A stretch of 24,000 nt of DNA, taken from NCBI GenBank assembly GCA_963800395.1, contig CAWDBD010000005.1, positions 495 through 24,494 of the forward strand. The letters are read 5' to 3'. A program made the translations under genes and the position numbers. Shown here piece by piece: positions 1 to 6,231 of this stretch. The notes beneath the pieces are model-generated. The model had not been told where the DNA came from. It saw only the letters and a program-made list of their open reading frames with translations, and searched no databases. How positions within the stretch are numbered: the first letter of the stretch is position 1; the number at the start of each line of letters is the position of its first letter. The DNA is from an uncultured Gammaproteobacteria bacterium (GTDB lineage: Bacteria > Pseudomonadota > Gammaproteobacteria > Xanthomonadales > Rhodanobacteraceae).

Positions 1-1154
1 CAGGCAAGTTGCCCATCAATCACGTTGCGAGCCTCCTGTTCGGACAAAAGAAACTGCGCCGCCGCCTGCACACAGACATCCAGCCGGGAAAATCGGTTGT
101 TGCCCTGAATCCGCATGGCCTGAGTAGCCTCGTTGCCAGCACGGTTTTGCGGGCAGATGTCATAGGCCGGCGTCAGCGCCAGGTGCTGCCCGTCCCAGAA
201 GGCGGCATGATTGCGCGCATGGTCGTCAGTATTGCCGCAGAGAATGTTGAAAACCAGCCGCGCGAACAACTCGCGCAAGCTCTGTCTGGGTTGATCAAAG
301 CGATGACGGACAATCTCGGCCAGTGTTTCGTAGCTGGCGTATGCAGCCATCATTTCATCCAGTTCCAGCAGGGTCAGCGCAGACACCACGGCCCGACGCT
401 GCCAGATACCAGCCGTCTGATGCGGCCGATCGAACCGCTCGACCAGCAACACATTCCGGCCCGATGCACGTGCCAGCTCAACGGGTGCCACATCCAACCC
501 GGCAAGTGCGGCCAGGCGCATGGCAATGAACTCGACCTTTACGACACTGTACAAATCCGCACTGCTGGAAAACTTGGCGATTAGCTTGCGCTGGCCACTG
601 TTAATCAGCGCCTTGGGTCGAGCGCCACCAATTGACGTACCGTGAAGCAGCGCCTGGGCCAATTCCGGCGACAGTGGCAAACCTTTTTCCACCCGCTCGG
701 CCGAGGCCAGCAGCTCCTCCAGCGTCGCCTGTGAAGCTTGGCGAGGTATGTATTGGCCAGGCGATGCCTGGAAATCCAACGCACCAATGCGATCGGAACC
801 GGATTCGAGCAGATAGGTCAGCTCGTCCAGTGCGGCAGTATCTGCATTCGGATCACGGCTGCCCAGCAATCGATTGACGATGACACGCCGGCCCCAAGCA
901 TCCGGCGAGGCATCTCGCAGGCAGCCGGGCATGATCAGGCCGGGCAGCAACGGCAGGCTACCGGCCTTGAGCGGCAACTCCGGTACATACAAGGCCATGG
1001 CATCGGGACGTGCCAGATAACTTTGACCGTAGTTGAACTGCAAGCCATGTTCCGTGACCGCAAGCCGACCTGCCGCCACTGGCTCGACCTGACCGGGCAG
1101 CCAAACCCAGACGTAGGCCTCGTGCGGGATATTTGTGCCGCGCTCAGAAGTCAT
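1..1154 (-). CDS. hipA: HipA-family Ser/Thr kinase toxin (type II toxin-antitoxin), C-terminus cut by window edge
   Basis: Absent from the ORF track because no stop falls inside the window. My translation of the minus strand from the ATG at 1154 stays open to position 1: MTSERGTNIPHEAYVWVWLPGQVEPVAAGRL... It contains the HipA hallmarks HGTSIGGARPKALI and FNILCGNTDDHARNHAAFWDG...TPAYDICPQ. The ATG overlaps the hipB stop by 11 nt. Confidence 0.9.
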   Translation of the reverse strand, partial: MTSERGTNIPHEAYVWVWLPGQVEPVAAGRLAVTEHGLQFNYGQSYLARPDAMALYVPELPLKAGSLPLLPGLIMPGCLRDASPDAWGRRVIVNRLLGSRDPNADTAALDELTYLLESGSDRIGALDFQASPGQYIPRQASQATLEELLASAERVEKGLPLSPELAQALLHGTSIGGARPKALINSGQRKLIAKFSSSADLYSVVKVEFIAMRLAALAGLDVAPVELARASGRNVLLVERFDRPHQTAGIWQRRAVVSALTLLELDEMMAAYASYETLAEIVRHRFDQPRQSLRELFARLVFNILCGNTDDHARNHAAFWDGQHLALTPAYDICPQNRAGNEATQAMRIQGNNRFSRLDVCVQAAAQFLLSEQEARNVIDGQLA

Positions 1155-1482
1155 CCTTCACCTCCTTTGCTTCCTTGCGCACGGCCTTGGGCAATAGCGC
1201 CAGACGCTCTCGAACCTCCCGTTCGCGGGACCTCAAACCGGCCAGTTCCGGCTCAAACAAGGGCACCCCGACAATGGCTGCCAGCTCGAACGCTACGCCG
1301 ATTCCGCAGCGTGGGTCGCCTTTTTCGACCCGGTGGAGCATATCGCGCGATATGCCCGCCCGCTCGGACAACTCCCGAGCAGTCATGTGTCGTTCGATAC
1401 GGCCGGCGCGCACCAAACCGCCCAGCAAGGCAAGGGCCTGACGGGTATGGCGGGAATAATTACGGTTTGCGGGCTTGGTCAT
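1144..1482 (-). CDS. hipB: XRE-family helix-turn-helix antitoxin, HipB-like
   Basis: 112-aa track ORF with an ATG at 1482. The HTH segment is MTARELSERAGISRDMLHRVEKGDP. It lies immediately upstream of hipA and overlaps it, which is the canonical hipB-hipA order. Confidence 0.85.
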   Translation of the reverse strand: MTKPANRNYSRHTRQALALLGGLVRAGRIERHMTARELSERAGISRDMLHRVEKGDPRCGIGVAFELAAIVGVPLFEPELAGLRSREREVRERLALLPKAVRKEAKEVKDDF

Positions 1483-1493
1483 ATTTCATAGCG

Positions 1494-1511
1494 TGTCTTA
1501 CAAAACAGACA
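1494..1511. promoter_or_regulatory. Candidate HipB operator: perfect dyad TGTCT-N8-AGACA
   Basis: TGTCTtacaaaacAGACA sits 12-29 nt upstream of the hipB ATG in a visibly AT-rich stretch (1483-1560). Its 5-N8-5 geometry matches the E. coli HipB operators (TATCC-N8-GGATA), but the half-site sequence differs. Confidence 0.4.
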
Positions 1512-1619
1512 TACTATCTCACATGACTTATATATATGACAATTATCTTGATTTTTGGCTTCGGGCTGCCCGCAAGCGGTCGGTCGTGACCGGCTTCGAC
1601 GGGTCGGAAGCGGTCCCTT

Positions 1620-1803
1620 CTAGCCCGCATTATTCATCAGCGTTCGTAGCGAGCCGGTTCAAGGGCATGTCCGGCGTGGCTTTCGCGACCGAGCAGTGCG
1701 CAGGCGTAGCCGGCACTACGTCGAGCACGGCGACCAAGTGAAAGCCGCGCCGGGCGTGTCATTGGGCCGGCGCAGTAGAAGGTTGGTGAATAATCCGGGC
1801 TAG
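1620..1803. repeat. 184-bp imperfect palindrome, MITE-like or long-hairpin element
   Basis: Terminal inverted repeats CTAGCCCGCATTATTCA (1620-1636) and TGAATAATCCGGGCTAG (1787-1803) match 16/17. An inner pair, CCGGCGTGGCTTTC (1671-1684) and GAAAGCCGCGCCGG (1740-1753), matches 13/14. The tip hairpin is CGTAG-ccggca-CTACG (1705-1720). All three share a symmetry centre near 1712. Confidence 0.45.
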
Positions 1804-2110
1804 GACCCAGGCGCGAGCGCTTGAAAGCGGCGAGCCAGCCGAGCTTGGTAGGCACCTGAAGAAGGTCCAGCGATTGCTGGATCAGGTAGTCAGTCAGCCC
1901 GGACTATGCAATGTCTGCAGCAAAGTCGGACTCGGGACAGACGGATCATGACATTGAGTGTCAGGGTCATTTTGGCGATATCAGCACTTCATGTGACGCC
2001 TCTACCTGTCGCAGACCCTGTCACACAGCCTCAAGGGACCGATACTCGGTTCGGTGTGGGAGTTTGGCCCGGAAAGCTCACATTGCAGATGTGACACAGA
2101 CGACTGTCAC

Positions 2111-2135
2111 AAAAAAAACCTGCATCTGGTGCAGG
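2111..2135 (-). terminator. Rho-independent terminator of the tRNA-Met transcript
   Basis: The minus strand reads CCTGCA-ccaga-TGCAGG followed by TTTTTTTT. It begins 38 nt downstream of the tRNA 3' end. Confidence 0.7.
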
Positions 2136-2172
2136 CTGTTTCGTTGCAAGGTATTGATTTTAATCTTGAACA

Positions 2173-2249
2173 TGGTGGCTATGGGTGGACTCGAACCACC
2201 GACCCCGGCATTATGAGTGCCGTGCTCTAACCGGCTGAGCTACATAGCC
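2173..2249 (-). tRNA. tRNA-Met (CAT), elongator type, CCA encoded
   Basis: Minus strand: GGCTATGTAGCTCAGCCGGTTAGAGCACGGCACTCATAATGCCGGGGTCGGTGGTTCGAGTCCACCCATAGCCACCA. It has the cloverleaf arms, a CTCATAA anticodon loop and a GGTTCGAGTCC T arm. It closely resembles E. coli metT rather than the initiator tRNA or tRNA-Ile2. Confidence 0.93.
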
Positions 2250-2272
2250 ATGTTCTGAATTTTACCCTCTTT

Positions 2273-2321
2273 GACCCCAGCATTATGAGTGCTGTGCTCT
2301 AACCGGCTGAGCTACATAGCC
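2273..2321 (-). pseudogene. 5' fragment (49 nt) of a tRNA-Met gene, lacking the T arm and 3' acceptor strand
   Basis: Minus strand: GGCTATGTAGCTCAGCCGGTTAGAGCACAGCACTCATAATGCTGGGGTC. It is followed by unrelated AAAGAGGGTAAAATTCAGAACAT. It matches 2201-2249 except for two changes that form one compensatory anticodon-stem pair. Confidence 0.8.
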
Positions 2322-2333
2322 AAGGGGCCGAGC

Positions 2334-2362
2334 ATTTTAGTGCGCCTGAGCCGCTGGCACAA
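2334..2362 (-). promoter_or_regulatory. Stable-RNA-type sigma70 promoter driving the tRNA fragment plus tRNA-Met
   Basis: Minus strand: TTGTGC (2362-2357), 17-nt spacer, TAAAAT (2339-2334), then the GC-rich discriminator GCTCGGCCCC. The predicted start falls a few nt before the fragment's first G (2321). Confidence 0.5.
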
Positions 2363-2526
2363 GATCTGTGCATCACGCTGGTAGCGGGCCTCGCTTGCAA
2401 GCTGCCGGAGCCACGGATCATGGCGGCGTCCGAGCTGCTGACGGATGGCGCTGTTCTGGCGCAGGCTTGCCGCAGTGCTTGCCGCATGTGCTTGAATCGG
2501 GGCAGGCAGTTCTAGAGTGCGGCGAC

Positions 2527-3063
2527 ATGGCCGACATGATTGATACCGATGGTTTTCGCCCGAACGTGGGCATTGTTCTACTCAACGATGATGGGCGCGT
2601 GTTCTGGGCGCGGCGCGTGCGGCGTGATGGCTGGCAGTTTCCGCAGGGCGGCATTGGCTCGGACGAGACGCCGCTGGAGGCGATGTTCCGCGAGCTTGAG
2701 GAGGAAACCGGCCTGCATGCGCGACATGTGCATGTACTGGGGTCGACCCTGGGCTGGCTCAAGTATCGCCTGCCTCACCGATACGTGCGTCGCAACCAGA
2801 AGCCGCGTTGCATTGGCCAGAAACAGGTGTGGTTTCTGCTGCACCTTGTTGGCGAGGAGCGTCATCTGTGCCTCGATGCCTGCGAGAAGCCGGAGTTCGA
2901 TTCCTGGCGCTGGGTGGACTTCTGGTATCCGGCGCGCCACGTGGTCGACTTCAAGCAGGAGGTCTACGAGCGGGCGCTGCGCCAGTTCGTGCCGCTGGTC
3001 GAGGACGCCTGCGAGGTGGCGCTGGCCAATTCCTCGCGCGAGTACGAGTCGGTCACCGGATAG
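2527..3063 (+). CDS. rppH: RNA pyrophosphohydrolase RppH (NudH), Nudix family
   Basis: [63 protein letters not shown] is collinear with E. coli RppH (MIDDDGYRPNVGIV...WQFPQGGI...REL.EE.GL Nudix box...CIGQKQ.WFLL). The track ORF from 2368 is over-extended. The start is the ATG at 2527 or 2536. Confidence 0.93.
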   Translation: MADMIDTDGFRPNVGIVLLNDDGRVFWARRVRRDGWQFPQGGIGSDETPLEAMFRELEEETGLHARHVHVLGSTLGWLKYRLPHRYVRRNQKPRCIGQKQVWFLLHLVGEERHLCLDACEKPEFDSWRWVDFWYPARHVVDFKQEVYERALRQFVPLVEDACEVALANSSREYESVTG

Positions 3064-3159
3064 CTGCCGCGCTGCGGACGCGTCGATCTGCCTGCGCGTC
3101 AGCCCTGCGGCCGCGCGCCGTGCCGCCAGCCAGGGCCTGAACATCCCTCCTGAATACAG

Positions 3160-3188
3160 TTGACAACCATTCGCATTTGCGTTTGAAT
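3160..3188 (+). promoter_or_regulatory. Candidate sigma70 promoter for bfd
   Basis: TTGACA (3160-3165), 17-nt spacer, TTGAAT (3183-3188). If used, transcription would start at or near the bfd ATG (3195), which has no SD. Either the mRNA is leaderless or this guess is wrong. Confidence 0.3.
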
Positions 3189-3194
3189 GCACGC

Positions 3195-3404
3195 ATGATC
3201 GTTTGTGTCTGCAATGCACTGTCCGAGTCGGACATTCACCAGAAGGTGGCCGAGGGCCTGCGCAACTTTGATGCCTTGCGTTCGGAGACCGGCTGCTCGG
3301 ACTGTTGTGGCTGCTGCGAAACCGCGGCCAGGCGGGTGTTTGCCGACGCCCAGGCCGCGCAGCATCGGCCGTTCGCCCTGCCGCTGGCTGCCGTCGCAGC
3401 CTGA
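3195..3404 (+). CDS. bfd: Bacterioferritin-associated ferredoxin (BFD-like 2Fe-2S)
   Basis: MIVCVCNALSESDIHQKV...ETGCSDCCGCC matches the Bfd pattern (E. coli MYVCLCNGISDKKIRQ...CGKC). It lies directly upstream of bfr. The TTG at 3177 in the track is probably an over-extension. Confidence 0.85.
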   Translation: MIVCVCNALSESDIHQKVAEGLRNFDALRSETGCSDCCGCCETAARRVFADAQAAQHRPFALPLAAVAA

Positions 3405-3481
3405 ATCACGCGGGCCACTTATTCACTGGCGAGGCGTTCGCGTTATAGTCGAGCGCGTTTTTCGCATACCCGGAGCAGGCC

Positions 3482-3946
3482 ATGAAAGGCGACGCCAAAG
3501 TCATCGAACAGCTGAACACCGTGCTGGCCAACGAGTTGACGGCCATCAACCAGTACTTCCTGCATTCACGCATGTACGGCAACTGGGGCTACAAGGCGCT
3601 GGAGGAGCACGAGTACCAGGAATCGATCGACGAGATGAAGCACGCCGACCAGCTGATCGAGCGCATCCTGTTTCTGGATGGCCTGCCCAATCTGCAGAAG
3701 CTCAACAAGCTGCTGATCGGCGAGTCACCCCGCGAGGTGCTGGCCTGCGACCTGAAGCTGGAACAGGCTGCCGTGCCGGATCTCAAGGACGGCATCGCGC
3801 TGTGCGAGAAGCTGGGTGACTATGTCAGCCGCGAGCTGTTCGAATCGATACTCGCCTCCGAGGAGGAGCATATCGACTGGCTGGAAACCCAGCTCGATCT
3901 GATCGAAAAACTCAGCGAAGAGCGCTATCTGGCCGAAAAGCTGTAA
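3482..3946 (+). CDS. bfr: Bacterioferritin
   Basis: 154 aa: MKGDAKVIEQLNTVLANELTAINQYFLHSRMYGNWGY...ESIDEMKHADQLIERILFLDGLPN...EEEHIDWLETQL. It has the ferroxidase-centre Glu/His residues and the Met52 haem ligand context. A GGAG SD sits 6 nt upstream. Confidence 0.95.
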   Translation: MKGDAKVIEQLNTVLANELTAINQYFLHSRMYGNWGYKALEEHEYQESIDEMKHADQLIERILFLDGLPNLQKLNKLLIGESPREVLACDLKLEQAAVPDLKDGIALCEKLGDYVSRELFESILASEEEHIDWLETQLDLIEKLSEERYLAEKL

Positions 3947-3954
3947 CTACGCCC

Positions 3955-5916
3955 TCAGGCGCTGGCGGCGAAGCGGTAGTTCAGCGAGCGTGACGGGTGC
4001 GCCAGGCTGTGGCCCTGGGCATAGTCCACGCCGCTGGCCTCGAGACGGCGCAACTGGCTGTGCTCTTCGACCTGGGTTGCGATAATGGCGATGTCGCGCG
4101 CGTGCGCGATGGGAACCAGGGCCCCCGGCTTGTCGTTGAGGCTGGGAGCCAACTTGATGTAGTCGAGCGGCAGTGCATCCAGCAATTGCGCCGCGCGCAG
4201 CCCGCGATCCACACCGCTCAGGCACAGACCCACGCCCAGCGCCTTGATCCGCGGCGCCACCCGCAGCAGTTCGCGTGGTGAATCGCTGATGTCATCGCAG
4301 CGGAACTCCAGCACCAGCCGCGCCCCACGTGCACCATACCGACGCAGGCGTTCGCCCAGACGGGCCGGGTAGTCGCATTCATTGAGGCTTTCGCTGGACT
4401 GGCTGATGAACAGATGCAGGGGGCGCGTCTGGCGTTGATGCTCGGCCAGCAGCTTCAGGCCCGCGTCCAGGCTCCACAGGTCCAGATTGGGCACCAGACC
4501 GGCGCGCCGCGCCAGTGGCAGCAACTCCGCCGCCGTATGCACGAAGCCGTGGTTGTCACGCAGTCGAACCAGTGCCTGGTATTGCGGCATGTGACCACCG
4601 CCGAGGTCGACAATGGCCTGGAAGACCAGATGCATGCGCTCATTGCGCAGCGCGTTTTCCAGCATCAGCGGATCGAGGCAACCGTCGCCGTTGTCATGCC
4701 AGCCGATCTGGCCCGGACCGGCGGCGCGGCGCGCGCGGTAGGCGCTGTTGAGCACGGCGTCCGCCTCATCCAGATCCTCGCTGAGGATGCAACCGCCCAT
4801 GGAGACCGTGAGCGGCAGTGCACGTGCGCCGAAGCGCTCGCTGCGTATGTTGCCCATCAACTCCTGCGCCAGGGCATGCATGTTCTCGCGCCCGCGGTCG
4901 CGGCACAGCAGCAGGAAGCCGGCGCCATTCTCGCCAAGCATGTCCCCGGGCTCCAGGCACTGGGCAATGAGTTGACCCAACTGTGCGTGGATGGCGCGAC
5001 GCTCGGCGGCAGAGTATTCCCGCTTGAGCGCGTCCAGCTTGTCGATGGCAATATCGAGCAGGCCACCGCGCTGGGCTTCGGTACTGTTGAGGCAAGCCTC
5101 GAGCCGGTCCAGAAGCCACGCGCGTCGATAGTGCCCCGGGTTGCCGAAGTCCGGGAGTGCCTGACTATCGTCTGAGCCGGTCTGTGCCAAGCGACGCTGC
5201 AGATCAGCAATCAACTGCTCCGGGGACTGGGCCATCGACACGACATCGCTGACCCCGGCCTCCGGCAGTTCACCTGGCACCAGATGCACGATCGGCAGAT
5301 CGGCGCAGTCCTCGCGTTCGCGGATCATGCTGGCCAGGTCAGCGCTGTCGCACACCTTCATGTGCATGTTGAGCGCAATCAGGTTCGGGCTGAAGCGGGT
5401 CAGCTGCTCGAGCACTGCCAGAGGCTCGGGCAAGTGCAAGACCTCGAAGTCAGGCTCGGCTTCCAGGCTTGGCAGGACACGGTGTGCCTCCTCTGCTGAC
5501 AGGCCCACCACAAGGATACGGGCGCGCTGCTGACCGGCCAGGCGCTGGTGTGCCTGGTCCACGGCACCGGGCTGCTCGGCTTGCGGCGAGGGCAAAAGCT
5601 TCTGCAGGTGCTCGGTGAGCGCTGCAACCAGCGCCGTGGTGCCGCTGTCGGGAACACGGGTCCGAGTCAGAGCCGGTGTCAGCGCGGTCTGGATTGCAAG
5701 CAACTGCTCCTGAAGCGACACATGGCCGAGTTGCCGGTGCTGATTGGCCAGCTGACCCAGTTCGGCGTGGATGCGCAGCATGACATTGATGTCCCAACCC
5801 TGGCGGCATTGGCTGAACAGTTCACCGATCAGTCGGCGCAGGTGGTGCGTCAGGTGCTGAAGTGTCACCTGACTGCTGTCGGGATCGAGCGACGTTACGG
5901 CTTTTGAGCTGTTCAA
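3955..5916 (-). CDS. c-di-GMP-type signalling protein: N-terminal helical region, pseudo-receiver, degenerate GGDEF, degenerate EAL
   Basis: The track ORF is 3955..6015, starting at a TTG. The EAL-fold C-terminus reads FQAIVDL...YQALVRLRD...LVLEFRCDD...LCLSGVDRG...DYIKLAP...IIATQVEE...YAQGHSLAHP. The GGDEF fold reads LLDIAIDKLDALKREYS...GDMLGENGAGFLLLC...TVSMGGCI. The REC-like region reads RILVVGLSAEE...NLIALNMHMK. I prefer the TTG at 5916, which has GGAG 7 nt upstream, because a complete promoter lies at 5944-5982, inside the longer ORF. Confidence 0.85.
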   Translation of the reverse strand: MNSSKAVTSLDPDSSQVTLQHLTHHLRRLIGELFSQCRQGWDINVMLRIHAELGQLANQHRQLGHVSLQEQLLAIQTALTPALTRTRVPDSGTTALVAALTEHLQKLLPSPQAEQPGAVDQAHQRLAGQQRARILVVGLSAEEAHRVLPSLEAEPDFEVLHLPEPLAVLEQLTRFSPNLIALNMHMKVCDSADLASMIREREDCADLPIVHLVPGELPEAGVSDVVSMAQSPEQLIADLQRRLAQTGSDDSQALPDFGNPGHYRRAWLLDRLEACLNSTEAQRGGLLDIAIDKLDALKREYSAAERRAIHAQLGQLIAQCLEPGDMLGENGAGFLLLCRDRGRENMHALAQELMGNIRSERFGARALPLTVSMGGCILSEDLDEADAVLNSAYRARRAAGPGQIGWHDNGDGCLDPLMLENALRNERMHLVFQAIVDLGGGHMPQYQALVRLRDNHGFVHTAAELLPLARRAGLVPNLDLWSLDAGLKLLAEHQRQTRPLHLFISQSSESLNECDYPARLGERLRRYGARGARLVLEFRCDDISDSPRELLRVAPRIKALGVGLCLSGVDRGLRAAQLLDALPLDYIKLAPSLNDKPGALVPIAHARDIAIIATQVEEHSQLRRLEASGVDYAQGHSLAHPSRSLNYRFAASA

Positions 5917-5943
5917 GGGAACGCTCCGCACAGGGTTCTGCTG

Positions 5944-5982
5944 ACTATACTCGGAGTCTTCATGAATGTGAAACAGTTCACA
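5944..5982 (-). promoter_or_regulatory. Near-consensus sigma70 promoter whose -35 sits inside a perfect CRP/Clp-type palindrome
   Basis: TGTGA-aacagt-TCACA at 5967-5982 is a perfect TGTGA-N6-TCACA site. On the minus strand its last six bases, TTCACA (5972-5967), form a -35. A 17-nt spacer follows, then TATAGT (5949-5944), then GGAG (5927-5924) and TTG (5916). Confidence 0.55.
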
Positions 5983-6231
5983 CTTTGAACGCAAGCCCGC
6001 CTGGCGACCTGCCAAGGACCTTCCGCGCTGGGAGCCCGGTTCGAAACGTTATATAAATCCGCAGCTTATCTGCATATCGTAGTTGCAGTGCCGGATTGCA
6101 ACCGGCGCACAGACAGGCGATGCCCCTGCCCGGCCGGCCCTGATTGACCGAAAGTGGCATCGACACCCGGTGCGCCGCAGCCGGGCGTGTCATCTCGGCA
6201 GCGCAGCAGGTGCCGGCTGGAATATGACGAA

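Noticed and set aside
9-1526. + strand track ORFs 9-584, 323-529, 632-877, 738-1526 and 1133-1441.
   Set aside because: They all lie antisense to the hipA/hipB reading frames, which have unmistakable kinase and HTH motifs. None has recognisable domains.
1805-1905. Possible remnant of a coding sequence (minus-frame GLTDYLIQQSLDLLQVPTKLGWLAAFKRSRL), considered as an integrase or transposase fragment.
   Set aside because: I do not recognise the peptide as belonging to any recombinase family. It has no start or SD context, so it cannot be supported without a database search.
2273-2321. A second, complete tRNA-Met gene in tandem.
   Set aside because: Only positions 1-49 are present. The following sequence (AAAGAGGGTAAAATTCAGAACAT) has no T arm (no GTTCGA) and no acceptor 3' strand, so I call it a fragment.
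2353-2368. TGGCACAAGATCTGTG upstream of rppH, considered as a sigma54 promoter.
   Set aside because: The -12 element is CTGT rather than TTGC, so the conserved GC is missing.
3155-3195. Fur box upstream of bfd.
   Set aside because: The best alignment to the 19-bp Fur consensus matches about 11/19 positions, and the hexamer (NATWAT) pattern is poor. This is too weak to annotate without a PWM score or experimental data.
5917-6015. TTG at 6015 as the start of the GGDEF-EAL gene (the track prediction).
   Set aside because: This segment contains a complete promoter and SD on the coding strand (see findings) and is lower in GC than the rest of the gene. I kept it as an alternative only.
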